Assembly (NCBI GenBank): GCA_036785375.1
Contig: JAWMAR010000384.1
Location: 1,054,001-1,118,000, forward strand
Source: Leucoraja ocellata
Lineage: Eukaryota
Length of the DNA: 64,000 bases
Direction of reading: 5' to 3'
Shown: piece by piece, positions 11,961 to 26,914 of the stretch
How positions within the stretch are numbered: the first letter of the stretch is position 1
Layout: each line of letters opens with the position of its first letter
Program-made: the position numbers and the translations under genes
Notes under the pieces: model-generated
The model's database searches: none
Told to the model about the DNA's origin: nothing
The model's input: only the letters and a program-made list of their open reading frames with translations

Positions 11961-14574
11961 TAAGCATCTGGAGATCTGGCCATATCATTGAAGAGTCAAC
12001 AACATATGAACCTTTACTGATGTAAATAGGTTTTGCACATAGCATATTTTACTGGTCAATACTTATGGTACATGAATGTGAGAGCAAGAGAAAGCTATTC
12101 ACTGTCTTCTTGTTTATTCTGTCATTTGGTTATATCCTGCACCCCTATGCGTAATCTTCATCTAAATGCTTTGGTTCTATAAGCTTGAATACATCTGGCT
12201 AACCTAATCAAAATAGTTAATTTGATTATGAACTTGATTTCCCCAATTATTTTTTTTTTTGGGGGGGGGGGGGCCGGGGGTGGGGGGACTGAGATTTTCA
12301 GATTTCTATCGCCATTGCTGTGAGGAAGTTGTTATTGACTTCACCACTGAGCAGATTAGCTCTAAGTTTAAGATTGCGTTCCACAGACTGGACTCTGACA
12401 AGTCAGCTAATCCTGACCTTCCTGTTATTATGCTGTGGTTTCCTAAGCACTTTCCCAGCGTCTGATGAAAGCATGAACTTTGTTGAAACTTTTAATATTG
12501 TTAAAAATAAAGAAAGGTGAAATCAACTGTCAATAGGAATGCAATGTTCTTTGTAATGTGTGTACGAGAGAGACTATTAGTTCTAGGGAGAACCCAGATG
12601 AGTATGTTGCATCAGTATTTGAGGGCTTTTTCCTCTGTTCAGTCTATACCGAGGACTGTTATCTGATTAATGATCTTCTATTCATTTGTTCATAATTTTA
12701 TGGCCTTTATCGTGATCATCTTTGATTTGACAATAATTTTAGAAGCAATTGGCTTCAGTAGTGTTAGGGGTGGTAATTTACCATTCACAGGAATAAACCA
12801 TCATACCTTATCTGCAAGGTATTGACAGCCTTAATTTGATTATAATCAGGTTATGGTTTAGTTTAATGAGATCATTTCCTGTGACAATCTTGCTTTGGAC
12901 AACGAGCAGGAAATGGACAGCAGAATGACTTTGACTAATTTGTTAGCTTAAAGTGTTGCCTGCATTATTTGTGCCCTTTACTCTCAGCAATTGTCTTTGT
13001 TTGCCTCTCTGAACAGGTGTTTAAATTCACTCTTCTACGTTGAAGAATGATCTGGTACATCTAAGTTGTACCCAAGTAAGAGTAGAATAGTTTAGTGAAG
13101 GCTATCATGTGTTTACAGTTTAATTATCAAGATGATGTAGGGAAGCTGACAGCTATTAATAGTGGTCAGATCTAATCTTGCTCACAAAGATTTGTACCAT
13201 TAAAATTTGAGTTATAATTTGAGAACCTTTTGTTCTGTTTGGACAGTAATTTGGTACAGAGACATAACTATTGTGACTTAAATCGTTTTTTCTCCAAACT
13301 GGAGGAACTGATGGAAAGTGCCTGGACTGACCCCTGAGTTCATTGAAAGGATGTCTGTTGCGTGCACTTGTTTGCTTCTTGGAAAGTGAGCCTTCGTACG
13401 TTCAACATTCATAAAAATGACACTGAATTGAGTGTTTATAATACTGGCAGAAATAGATTGGCTGTACTTGTGCTGAGAGTGTTGTCTGCTAACCTTTAAT
13501 TTGCAGCTCTAGTTATCACAAGTGGCTTGCCAACGGGTAGGAGTGATATTGAAGCAAAAGTAGTAGGAATATTTTATCTGAATTCCTACTTTTGTTTAGT
13601 CTGCACAGACTGAATGCATTTACTCAAGATAAGAAAGGATTTCTTTTAAACTATTGCTGCCTATTCTTTGATCAGACCTTGTCTTCTGATCATCAGTCCA
13701 TTATTGATCTTCATAACCAATGCACAAGAGGTTTTTGTGCATAAATAATAAATGTAAATTCTAACCTGTGTATTAATTTTCTTCATGGTAATATTTAAAG
13801 CATTTATAAAATAAACGGTAAGCAATTTAGAATTGCCTTGCTTAGGCATCTTTGTGCGTCACAACACATTTTTTTTGTTCAAAAATGGGGAAAATAGGGA
13901 AGTAATAATTTAGGGAAGTAAGCAACTTTCATTTCATTTCAATATGCTAAAGCATTTTACAGAAAGTGGTACTAAGACAATTCTTCTGGTAATATAGGAA
14001 ATGTAGTAGTCAGATTGTCTGCAGGAAAGTCCTACAAATAGCAATGAAAAAAAAGTGATTATTTTTGATATTGGAGGAGGAAGTAATATCCTGGATGTTC
14101 AGAAGAATGCCCAAACATTGTTTTAAAACTGAGCCATAGTTTTTTTTTGCATCCACCTGAAGGGGAACTCGTTTGTAAGGTGGCAATGCTGCTCTCTCCA
14201 CATCTTGGATTCTAAGATCAAAACTGGAATTGGGTTAAAAATCACTGCCAACTGACTTGCAAACCAGATATTGGTTGACTGATTGAGGGAATAAAGAAGT
14301 ATTTAAAATTGATGTTGTTGAGATGGGTGGTCTAGCATTAATCCACATAATGATAAATTGGTAGTTTAAGAGTGTAATATTTCAGCCATGCAGTAGGGGA
14401 GTTACACTGGTAGGAACAGTTGACACAAAATAAGTATTTGCTCAATTTGCTTGACAGATAAAAATGTATGTAAGACAATTGCACGTTGGCCTTCTGGTCT
14501 TACACATTTTGCCCACTGTACAATCTGTAAAAGCCCAGGTGATCATGGAAAAGACTAATTTGTATCAATATATT

Positions 14575-14730
14575 TAAGAAAGAAATGCAGATGCTGAAAA
14601 AATCAAAGGTAGAAAAAATGCTGGAGAAACTCAGCGGTTGAGACAGCATCTATGGAGCGAAGGAATAGGTGATGTTTTGGGTCGAGACACTTCTTCAGAC
14701 TGAAAGAAGGGGGTGAGGGAAGAGCAGGGT
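14575..14730 (-). mobile_element. Penelope-like terminal repeat fragment
   Basis: atgctggagaaactcagcgg...gggtcgagacacttcttcagactga. Confidence 0.65.
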
Positions 14731-17700
14731 TACTAGATTTTTGACCAAGTACAGTTTTTCTCTTTTGAGCTCTTTTGTTTCAGTTGGCAAAATGCAATAA
14801 TTCAGTAGGTGGAATTAGAATTATTATTATTAGCTCGCTCACTTTTTTTCTGAATTGTGAATGAAGAACATTTCGATGTGGTTGTTTAAAATAAAATATT
14901 TCAACACTTGTTGTTAACTCACTTCACTCTAACTTTCCACAATGGCTTCAAAGGCATTGTAGACATCCGTTGGTGAAAACCACACTTGTTCAGTGACAGG
15001 AAGTTAAGTCTCCATTAAGGGCTTCATTCTGCTGACGCCAGCCAGCATCCAGATGACTCTCCAACTTTTACATTTGTCTTCAGGCTGTGGGAGTGCACTG
15101 ATTGTTTGGATTAGTAAATAAAGATTTTTTTTTTTAAAGAAAATAAACAGTTTGGTTTGTGTCAGATAAAAATGATTTTTAATCGAACCATCAGTTACTT
15201 TCAAAGAACTATAAAGCCAATGATGTATTTGATTATATAACCTGCATGTAGCCAGCTCCCACAATTATGGTAATAGTGTTAAAAAAAATGATTATTTTTA
15301 TAAAGATGATTTATTAGCGATAGATCCGGGGAGAATGCTTGTTCTTTGAAATCATACACCCAGGATGGCAGATGAGTTCTTACTTAGAAATCTAAGCAAA
15401 AGGTGGCACCTTGTTGGACCTCTCGCGACTGCACTGGAATGTCACCCTGGGTTTTTATGCTAATATTTCTGAAGTGGAACTTGAGCCACAAACTCTTTGA
15501 TTCTGGAGGGAAGTATGCTGTCAGCTTCTTCTTATCGAGTCCACATCACAAGATTAGAAATTGTTCAGCCAGGGCAGAACACACTTCTCGGCATCTGCAT
15601 ACAATGGCTTCTTGTGCGTAATGGTGTAACGATTGGTGGAAACAGTGACGTGACTTGAATGCTTTTCCCTTGACCCCTGCTATCAGTTGAGCCACAGGTT
15701 ACATGCTTTTAGTTTTCTAGACTGGATTGTGGTTGTCTCTCACAGATTGGCTAGATGGAGATAAGTGCAAATATCTCAATCTAGATTTTGACCCTGCTGT
15801 TAGGGTGGTCATACAATGATCTTATGATCATATAATCATAGTAAGGTTATATAATCTGGTCATACTACCCTGACCAGGTTATGTTGTACAGTATCTTCAT
15901 TGTGGGGTTGTATTCTGGGCCATCTAACTGAACGAGGAACATCAAGCCGAAATTAGAGGGTGACTGAAGAAAATGTCAAAGAATTGTGAAAGAGGAGAGC
16001 AATTTTTTTGATCTTGGTTCATTCAGAAAATTTCGACATTCCTTTTGCCATATTCTACTTATTTTCTCAACTGACAAAATAATTTTATTTTATTCCTCTT
16101 ATTGATGTGTTGCTCATGCTTCGTTAAAAAAAGATCTTGTTGAGCCTTAAATGTACCTTTTACTAGTTTGAATGTGTGTTTACTCTTCTCATTTTGTTTT
16201 GCTATTTAAGGATGTGGGCTGGATTTGCCCTCTTCACTTCCGTAGTTGTGTTCATCATTGGCAGCGTTGTCAGCTTATTTTCAGGACAAAAATCTATTGC
16301 CATTCGCCAGCTCTGACCTGTCACAATGAGGATTGGCTTCTCGGCACCTCCTCTATTACTGGAACAGTTCTGTGTCTTGGCAACCAGAGCTGATGTTATG
16401 TTTGATCACAGTTGCCGCTGACTTGTATATTTTAGTGGTGCTAATAAATCTAAATATATTGTACTATTTACACGATGTCCCTTCAGATCAATAGAGAGTA
16501 AGTCGTTCCAGCTCTTGCCTTTGCAATGTCAAGAGTGTTTGATTGTCACAAGACTGGGTCCAGAACAATGAAATTGTTTAATTGCTGCTGCTTTACAGGC
16601 ACAATAAATGCAACAAGCAATATTGTTCGCTTACTCTTGGTAAACCAGACCACAATAGTGCAAGCTAAGCAACATAGTGCAAGATCTGTAATAGTTTGGT
16701 GTTGGCCAGGGTGGTATGTGTATTTAATAGTAGCTACCACCTTGAGGCAGCTCTTCCTGTAGCGATGCCTTCAATAGTGGGGAGTTGGTACTTCTGATGA
16801 ACCAGGCAATGTCCACCATTTTCTGTGGCGTCTTTCATTCTTGAGTGTTTGTGTGTATTATATGTGCAACTTGAATACGTGTGCAACTGTGAAATATAGG
16901 ACAAAAAACAAAATTGCGTCATTTTGTATTCTGTATTTTCTAGCTTCTTCCCATGCTTTGTATTCCTGGATCCAGTTTACTAATTAGCTGACTTCAGCTA
17001 ATCTGGCCAGCCAGTTTTATTTTCCTTTTGAACAAACAGTGAAGTCATTTGACTTTGGCATAATCAGATGCATAGGATATGTTTGTTTAATTAAATTGCA
17101 ATTTATAATCAATAATATCTTTATTCTACCAGTTGATTAAAATTGCATGATCGGGACAATTTTTAATGGTAATCCCAGGATTTTTGTAGATTGCAATCTA
17201 ATTAGTGTATACAGTAAACAAAAAATAGGATCTTATGCTTTTAAATAGGATGGAATAATATCACAGCACTATGGCCAATTTTGTATCAAAGTCAAGAGCT
17301 GCCAGGTTGTAAAACTGAAAACGGTCATCTTCAAGAAGGATCCTAAGGTCATACTACAGAGAGTACACACTGTGGCCTGCGAGATCAGGATATCTTGAGG
17401 AGAATGCAAGCCTTCAGTATTGATCCAGAGATAAATAACATACCTGTACTTTCAAACATTTAGTCCAATGTAACTAAGGTGGCGAAAACGGTTGACACAA
17501 AGAGATGGCAGGTCAGAGGTGCACATTTCAGCGGTTATGTTTTCCCAGTCCATTGCTTTGACCACACTTTTGTCCACCCCATTTATTTTGCTCTGTAAAT
17601 AAAAGCTTTATTTTAATGTTTGTACTGAGCTGAAATGAATCTGGCAGGTTTTGTCTCTCTAATAGCCCTAGTCCACCAGGAATCAGCAGCACAATCCCAG

Positions 17701-18124
17701 TATAAAGGATTAGCATTGTCTGCCTTTTTCCTCATTTACTGTGGAGCATATGTCTGATGCAAGTTGTTGACGAGGACAGATCCCTACTGCTTGCCGGTGT
17801 AAGAATGAATAATTTGTGTCCATGACAACTCCATGGTATCAGAGTGAAAGTCTGTATCAATGTGAGCAATGGGCCAATGAATGCTGCTGATTCTGCAAGT
17901 GAGGCATAATCATATTAAAAAAATCACTGTTCCAGTTTTTAACCCTTGTCTAGACTTTGCTTGTCCACTCCCAGGGGAAACCCCCTCTTCTGCACTTCTC
18001 TCCCCAACAAGGTAAATAGCTTTGAATCATCGTGACACTTTTCTTTCTTTTCAGAGATTGTTTTACTTTTCCTTTCAACCTCCTTATCGAGTATTTGGAT
18101 GTAAATTTCAAACAGTATATAACT

Positions 18125-18357
18125 TGCGAAGGAAGGAACTACAGATGCTGGTTTAAACCGAGATAGACACAAAAAGCTGGAGTAACTCAGCGGGTCAGAC
18201 AGCACCTCTGGAGAAAAGGAATAGGTGATGTTTCAGGTCTTCAGATTCTGAAGACTGATTCAGTCTAAAGAAGGGACTTGACCCAAAACGTCACGTCACC
18301 TATTCCTTTTCTCCAGAGATGGAGTCTGACCCGCTGAGTTACTCTACCTTTTTGTCC
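18125..18357. mobile_element. Fold-back Penelope-like insertion
   Basis: Inverted arms (gacacaaaaagctggagtaactcagcggg... / ...cccgctgagttactctacctttttgtc). Possible 7-bp TSD ATATAAC. Confidence 0.7.
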
Positions 18358-20739
18358 ATATAACAACTCGTTATGTCCAATCATCACCCAACCCTGACTG
18401 GCTGAGCCTGTTCTGTAAGAGAATTGGGTCTCAACTGATATGTAATCCAAGTTACTACTATTATTGGCCTCGCTTCTAAATGGTATTTGGTACTTGGCCA
18501 CGGCACAGAATGTCTGAATACAAACTGATGTTCTGTTCTGGGGGAGGGGATGGAAGGCAGAGGACAGTTTTTCCTCAATAAATTCCAACCCTTGTTAGCT
18601 TTCATATTTAATTTGTGACTTTCTTCCATTAATGGTTACCATGAGACTAGTGAATGAACATTAAAAAAAAACTGCAGAAATCTTTAAATTAAAACAGAAA
18701 ATGCTGGAAATACTGAAGAGGTCAGGCTGGGTCTGTGGGAAGGAAAATAGTCACGTTTCAAGCTGGGGACCCTTTTGTCAGTACTGGGAGAGAAAAGAAG
18801 CGTGTTAAGCTGCCGGGAGAGTGGGAGGATGTCTCTGTGGGTAAAGCTTGGGTGATGGTGGGATAAGCTGTAAACAAGGCTATCTGATCAGCAATTAGTG
18901 GGAGCAGATACAGAGTGAGAACATAGGCTCTGTGGGAAGAGAAACAGCGAAACAATTATCCCATTGTCACACCTACTGTGTCCAAAAGGAAAAAAACCTT
19001 CCCACCTCCAATCACCCAACAAGTTAGCAAGTTTATTTTTCCACCTTCCAGTTTTGGCAAAAGATCTTCATCCTGAAACGTTGAAAACGATCATTGAGGA
19101 TGTTTTGTCACACATGCTCACTGATTGTGGTCTATGGATCAGAAAGTTAAATTTTGGAGGATCTAGACCATCTGCGCACTAATGACCAGCCTCTCAAAGC
19201 ACTTAATGATGGAGGCCTGACCTGCTGTGTATTTCCAGCCTTTTTTAATTTTAGGCTACTGGCTGCATGGGCAATTATTCTGCTTCTAATGGGCAACGTT
19301 CACAGACTGCAGGAAGAAAAACCTTCAAGAAGTGTCCTCTGCCAGATTCATTTTCCTTAAAATTAACTGAGTTTTGGGTGGCCTGGGTCAAAGCAGTTCA
19401 TTGGCTAACGTGAAGTGGTGGATTTTCGAGGAAGTGTCCAAACATTGCCAAATCATGATTAATTTCTATTGTAGAAACAGTTCTCTGAAAATTTAAAACC
19501 ATAATCAGCAAAATACCAGCTCGTAATACAGATGCATTATGCTCAAAATCATAATACAGATGCATTATGATGAGTTCCATCCTTCCCTTTTAGGCAGGCA
19601 TATGACTTTCTTTATTTTATTCTTCTTTCGTGTCCATCTTCCATGTTTCAAATGTTGACATTGCTGTCATCGTCAAGAGCTGCCAAGTATATAACTTCTG
19701 GCAACAACCAGTGAGAGCCATCACTTGTTGCAATAGATGATGGTGGTAGCAGAATTAGCTCAGGATACTTCCAGTTTCCAGCCCAGTGACGTGGACGCTT
19801 CTGTTACGGGGCCTTTATTTTATTAAAAATACAGCATGGAAACAGGCCCTACAAACCACCAAGTCCATGTCGGCTATCAATCACCCATTCCCATTGGTTC
19901 AGTTATTCCCCTTTCACATCCACTCCTTGCACATTCCGTCCATGCCAGTCACTTTTTACATGTTCACTCTTGGGAAGGCCGATCTGAAGTCTGTGATGGT
20001 GACCTTGGATGCAGGTGCACCTGAGACTTGACAATGACATAATTTCACAACATTCTGTTAAAAACGAGCTTAAAATGCATTGAACTTGTCGGAGAGATGC
20101 ATTGTTGGCAGCAAAACTGCCCGGCTTTAATTTGTAGTCAGTTATAGCATGCTAGCTTGCCACAATCAATAGGCTTCCCTGATAGCTTCACAAAGATCAT
20201 ACCTAGATTTCCTGAACCGGTCAGGATCATTCGACTTGATCGCCACAAGCTTGAAAGATAAAGATTAGGACCCTTCTTCAGTCTGATCTGCTGAGTTACT
20301 CCAACAGTTTTTTTGTAAACCAGAGCTTGCACTTCCATGTATCACCACAAACATAGATTTCACCAAGCAGTGGACCTCGCAGATCATCAATGGTTTCTGA
20401 ATTGGGAACATTTGGGTTCATTTATTTGGTGTGCAGCCCTGTATGTACTTAATGACTGAGATATGTGATGGCGGTGGCACACTCATTTGAGTTGGGAGTT
20501 CAAGTTTAAGTTACATTTATTGTCACATGCACCAATTGGTACAGTGAGATTTAAGTTACCATACAGCCATACGAATGAAACTAACACAATACACGATGGG
20601 ATTTAACTTAAACATTCCTTGTTCTGCAGGCCACATTTTAAGGAGTGACAAATGGCACTTCTTTATCAGTGTTTCTTCCCCACCATTTCACATGTTTGCC
20701 TGTATACTGTGTGTTAAAACACAGTTGCCTCTACTTATC

Positions 20740-20992
20740 ATAGAAACATGGACATAGAAATTAGGTGCAGGAGTAGGCCATTCGGCCCTTGGAGCCTGCA
20801 CCGCCATTCAATATGATCATGGCTGATCATCCAACTCAGTATCCCGTACCTGCCTTCTCTCCGTACCCTCTGATTCCCTTAGCCACAAGGGCCACATCTA
20901 ACTCCCTCTTAAATATAGCCAATGAACTGGCCTCGACTACCCTCTGTGGCAGAGAGTTCCAGAGATTCACCACTCTCTGTGTGAAAAAAGTT
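20740..20992 (-). mobile_element. Young CR1-like LINE 3' end
   Basis: (gaaacata)-type tail followed by aggtgcaggagtaggccattcggccc. Nearly identical to 22383-22555. Confidence 0.8.
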
Positions 20993-22382
20993 CCTTCCAC
21001 TCAACTGTGCTACTTGCTCAGGTTTTTGGTTCAGTCTTTTATGGCATTCTGGATTCACAATGATTTTTTTTTTTTTTTTTGCCTTGCCAGACAGCATTAA
21101 GAATATATCTGCTGGCCAAAAGTTGTTTGCAAAACATCAAATACATCACCTCCCCCCTCTCCCCCACCACCATCACCATGGTAGGTTAATGTATTTTTCA
21201 GCATCACGGTTTTTGCTCATCCTGTCTTGGTGGCCTGCTGCTCACACCTCCCTCTCTGGCTGTTGCTGGCACCATGACATGAAAGCAGCTTTGGGATTGC
21301 TGGTGATGGCACTGGTATTACATCATTCATGTTGCCATTCTCCCATTGAAATCAACCTGTGCTAATGTATAATTATCTGTCAGCAATGTTAATAAAGTTG
21401 TGTGTGCATCCATCACCGCTGATTGCTTCATATTTTTGTCTCTGGGGAGCTGACACACACAAAGAAGGGAAAACGTCTCAATAATTATTATTTGCGGGGT
21501 TTTTTTTTTAAAAACCTCCCCACAGGTTCTATTTTTTAACTAGCATCTATTTTAAATTCAAACTTTGTGTCACCTCCCACGGATGGTTCAGGCAAAGGGA
21601 GCTGAATTTCTCATTTATTTGCTAAGTCCATAAGGTTTCATTTCTGTTAAAAGGGAACTTTGCAGTTTTGATAGAGAGCTTCAAAATGTCACCAATAAAA
21701 TATTAAAATTTAATTTTTGCTAGCATGTTGAGTCGCTGTCAATATAGTCCCTTGGTAGTCATTAGCATCAACACCTATCACATTATTAAAAAGCTACATA
21801 TACCTGTAGTTACTCATCTGCTTCAGGCTTAATCCATACCCACCGCACGAAAGCTTCCACTTTACAATAGTGAAATACTCATTATAAAAAGCTTCCAGTG
21901 GAGCAGAACAAATGGCGCGGTAGGGTTTTGCTATTCATATTTATTTGCGCATCTGCCACTTCAGAAGTTGTCGCCTCATTTAACAGTGAGTTCCTTAGCT
22001 TCACCATGAGCTTTTGACAACCAAATTGGTCCTGTTGTGTAGGCTGTGGCTGCCAGCTGCAATACACCAAGGATCTAATTAAAGAGGAGGTGTCTGCGGT
22101 GTGTCCAAGATCTAGTTTACGTAGAAAGTGCTTGCACTGTGCCCAGATCTAATTTGTGCAGGAGATATACATCCTTCTCTGGGAATGGATGCATTTGGTT
22201 TAATGACTGGGCTAGTTACCCTGAGGCCTGGATTAACCATCTGGTGTCATGCTCAAACCCCAATGCAACAGCAAGTTAATTTAACTTCACCAGTGAAGAA
22301 AAAACAGTTGTGAATTTTATAAAGAGAGCATTTGTAATTGTAACGATGAAACCAGTGGGTTGGTTCAAAATAGCTGGACTGA

Positions 22383-22555
22383 TAGAAACATAGAAACATA
22401 GAAATTAGGTGCAGGAGTAGGCCATTCGGCCCTTCGAGCCTGCACCGCCATTCAATATGATCATGGCTGATCATCCAACTCAGTATCCCGTACCTGCCTT
22501 CTCTCCATACCCCCTGATCCCCTAAGCCACAGGGGCCACATCTAACTCCCTCTTA
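22383..22555 (-). mobile_element. Young CR1-like LINE 3' end
   Basis: (tagaaaca)n tail, same subfamily as the 20740 copy. Confidence 0.8.
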
Positions 22556-23586
22556 ACCTGATTCACGGACAACACGGTTCATTTCAACCAGCATCTCATC
22601 TGCTCCCATTGTGCTTTTGTGCCCATATCCTGCACTACTGCAGGTGATTGGACAATGACGGAGAGTCAGAAGGGAATGGCCCTGCATGTTTTCGCTGTTG
22701 AAGTCTCCATTACTTCCCTTCTATCTCTTTGTCTCATGGCACCAAGTCAAACGGAGACAAGGAAATCCCTAATTATTACTTATCATTAACTGAGACGGGA
22801 TGATCGATAGTCCTTTGTGTATTATAGCCCATTCTGGAAGTGAACAATGGTTGAGTGTATACTTGCCATCCACAGGAAATAGATTTTACACATAGCCATA
22901 AGTTGATTTTGTCCATGTCAGAAATATAACTATACCTGTGCAGTATTGTAATGAATGATATCAAAAGCACATAAGACTGATAAAGAACTATTACCAGGAA
23001 TGGGGAAAGAGTGGAAACTAGTTCTGCCGTTCATAGGAACTACAGTATGTCGGACTTTGGAATTTAGTATGAAAAGAGCACATTTGTGTGTGTGTGTGTC
23101 CATTAACTGGGTGTTTGCAACTTGGGGACCTCCTGCACTCTGGGTAACTTGGTAGTTCTGACAGGTAAAGCAGCCACGCTAAGTCTATGGCAAATGGTGC
23201 GAAAAAGAACCTGAATAAACCTTCCTGTCCCAATTCTCGTATTCTGGATGTTGCCGATGTATCTCTCCACAGCAGCAATCAATTAAAGCAGTAAAAAAGG
23301 TTAAAGAACCTACCCTTGATATTCAATGACATTACTGTTAGCAGGTTCCCAACAAGCAGCATCCTAATACCGCTACAAAAGCTGGTCAGATGCAAGTGCC
23401 TCCTCTCCTGATCTCCAAATATTCCATCCCTCCACTATTGCCACACCCTGGCTGCATTGTTTTACAATTGGACAAAATGCCCTGCAGTTAGTTCCAACAA
23501 TGTTTTGGTGCCTCTCAAAGGACAAGGGCAATGAGTACATGGGAACCACAAACTTGTGGGTTCCCCTCCAACTTGCACATTATCCT

Positions 23587-23704
23587 GGACACAAGGAACT
23601 GCTGATGCTGGTTTTACAAATCTGAAGAAGAGTCCCAACCCAAAATATCACCTATCCATATCTTCCAAAGATGCTCTCTGACCCGCTGAGTTACTCCAGC
23701 ACTT
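23587..23704. mobile_element. Short inverted Penelope-like fragment inside an old LINE 3' relic (~23300-23860)
   Basis: Minus tail joined to plus tctgaagaagagtcccaacccaaaatatc...gctgagttactccagc. Confidence 0.6.
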
Positions 23705-26597
23705 GGTGGGGTCGAAATTTTGGAACTCCCTCTCCAACAACATTGTGGGAGTAATTCACCAGAAAGCTGGTTCAAGAATTGACTCGCCTCCATCTTCTCA
23801 TGTAATTTATGCCAGCCAATAAATGCTGACTTTGCGTGACGCCCACATCTAATAAATGTCTGCATCATTGATTGTTGCCCGCAGTGATCTTTTGTATCAC
23901 ATGACTACTATTCAGTGATGTATGTGGTCAGGTGCATGGACAGGTTTTATATCCACATGTGTGCCAGCGACTTTTTGTTGCAGCTCGGCTTGAGATCTGT
24001 GGTGTTGTAAAATGTGAACTCAGACTTTGTGGTTTCCTTTCATAAGCTCAGTTTCCTTTCTTGGTGCTTTGAGACTGACTATACATGACAATCTAAATGG
24101 AAACTATTGTTAAATTAGAAACATGTTTTAAAAGATATATTAAATATCTTTTTGCTATGTTGTAGGAATCTATTTCCTAATGATGCTCCCTTTGTTAGCT
24201 ACTGATACATTTTGTCTCCTTCATTGTCGGGATTTATAGACAAGGGAACTTGCATATCAAGGAAAGAATCTGCATTCATTTTTTTTTTTTTTTTAACCAA
24301 CCTCAAGACATTACAAAGCACTTTGTACAAATGACATACTTTTGAAAAATGGTCATTGACAATGTAGGAAAATTGGCAAATGATTTGTCAACAACAAGCT
24401 CTCACTTGTAATTTAAATTGAATGACCAAATAATCTGTTGTTGATGTGCCTTGAGGGATGAAAGATGGCCAGGATACCTCTGAGTTCCACACAATTACAA
24501 TTGAACGTAGTCAAAACTTGTCCAAGGCGATAAGGCATCCCGACAAGGTACACCAACACTCGGCAATGATTGCAGTATTAGCCTAGTCTAGTGTAAGATT
24601 TGATCCCGCACTCGGAATATCAATGAAAAATAATTAGTCACATGTGCCCCTTTTGTGCTTTTGTATTAGCTATAATTTGTATTACTTTACCTTGCTACAG
24701 TGAGAAAGTCAACAGACTGGCAACATGGAGACCCAACCAGCAACCCAGAGAATTGAGCTCAATCCCAACAGGGCAGTAGTGAAATTTAAATGAATTATCG
24801 AGAATTAATAATCCAGTTTGGTCTGGACAAAAGTGCCAACGAATATCTGTAAAGACGACCGTGAAAATCTGCCTGATTGCAGACGAGACCCATCTGGTCA
24901 ACTCCTGTCGTCTTTCCCTGGTCTGGCTTACATGTGGTTTCCTTTGAATTGCTCTCTGAAGTGGTCAAGCAATAGTCCATATGTTTAAACAAAAGTAATA
25001 AAACTGCACAGATCATCCAGCATTGCGATAAGCACCAAATTCAAAGTTGCTCCAAGCCTAGTGGCTGATATGCCATCACTAATATAGACGAGGGGACCAG
25101 GCATCTGTCTACAGATTCTTCTCCAATATTAGCTTGGAAATACATAGCTGATCCTTCATTGTCACTGGGTCTGAGGCTAGAGCTTTCTGCACTGCAGAAA
25201 CACCCCTACCAGAAGGACGGCACACTTCAAGAAGGTGATTCATGTCTCTCTTGCTCAGATTTTGAAAATAGTTCATGAAAAAAACTTGAATTGAATGAAT
25301 GAATAAATTTATTGGCCAAGTATGTACACATACAAGGAATTTGCCTTGGTGCTCCACTCACAAGTAACAACACGGCATACAGTAAACCATTAAGAATAAA
25401 ACATTAAAACGTTAAGAATAAAACATTATAGTTTAAACATGTGAATGAAATTAAATATCAGAGCAAAGGGAGGCTAATTGGAGTTTAGTTAATCACCATC
25501 CCCAGCTGTTTTCCACTTCCTGTTGATTGAATCATCCTAGCAACGCTGTGTCGACAACCTGGGTTTGTGTTTGAGGAAGAAAAACTACTTATTACCTGCT
25601 GGTCCAGATGAACAGGAGGGACCGCTAGCACTGAATCCCAAATGGTTGAAATGAGGAACTTGGATTTAAAATATGAGCAGTTTACTTGTCCACTTTTAAT
25701 CCCAATCTGATAGAGTAATGCCAAATAATTTTGGATATCTTGAAACATCCCTTTTTGCTGACTTCAAAACCAATTCACTGTGTTCATTTCAACCATATCA
25801 ATGCCAATTCCTGCTTTCCACATATCAGTTTGAACCAACAATGTGATACTTTTGGGTTCCTTGACCAGAACTCAACTTTGATGCCAATTTAGTAGCACCG
25901 GAATTCCCAGAAGTTAATGGAACTGTTCAAAGTGAAATTTGTTAGATCTACTACCATCTGCTGTGGCGACGGGTGTTCCACAACATGGGGTGGGGTTATT
26001 CAGTGAGAGCCAGACCAGGCATCGCATACAGATCAATTTAGTTTAGTTTATTGTTACTTGTACCAAGATACAGTGAAAAGCTTTTGTTGTGTGCAACCAG
26101 TCAGCAGAAAGACAATACGTGATTACATTTACAGAGTGTAGATACATGATAAGAGAATAACGTTTAGTGCAAGGTAAAGCCAGCAAAGTCCAATCAAGGA
26201 TAGTCTGAGGGTCGTCAAAGAGGAAGAGGTAGATCATGGGTATTTGGAATTTTTATGCCAAAAGACTGAATGGGCCAGTCTAGAAATTAAAGAGCTTCGA
26301 TAGGGAGTTGTTAGGTAAAGATATTAGGGAGAGTGGAAGAAAATAATAAGTGGTATTGAAGATTTAAATAAGGATAATGATTGAATGGCAGAACAGATAT
26401 GAGAAGATGAATGAGCTGTTCTTGCTATACTAAGTAAAACATTGAGGAGCCTCCTGCTGCACACTATTAAGGAAGTTAGGCCGGTGATTCATCATTTCTT
26501 GGTTATGCCACAGCTGAATAGGGTTGCATTCCTCAATTTCTTGCAGGTTGTTTGTAGCTGGGCTACAATCAGTGTTACCAGGCAGTCAATTATCTAG

Positions 26598-26914
26598 TTT
26601 CCCTTGCTCTCCGTCCTTCCCCTACCCTACCCGTCGTACTTGTTTCACTATCATCCTGTTGAGTTTCACTGCCTGTATAACTCATTATCACCTCCCCCGC
26701 AGCCAACAATGGACCATTGTGAGCTCCACCTCTCCTTGATCATCATTGCTTTTTGCATATCTCTCATTCATTTGTTCTATGTGCCATCTATAATCTCTAG
26801 TTTCCCTTTCCCCTGACTCTCAGTCTGAAGAAGGTCTCGACCCAAAATGTTGCCTATTCCTTTCTCCTGAGATGCTGTCTGACCTGCTGAGTTACTTTGG
26901 ATTTTTGTGTCTAT
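26598..26914 (+). mobile_element. Penelope-like 3' terminal fragment
   Basis: TSD AGTCAATTATCTAG at 26584-26597 and 26915-26928. The core is decayed at its CpGs (ctgaagaaggtctcgacccaaaatgtt). Confidence 0.78.

Noticed and set aside
12250-12288. T-run/G-run tract as a G-quadruplex
   Set aside because: Simple homopolymers deep in an intron with no supporting context, and error-prone in assembly.
15851-15882. 12-bp hairpin ataatctggtca/tgaccaggttat as a miRNA or snoRNA
   Set aside because: Too short for a pre-miRNA and no box motifs.
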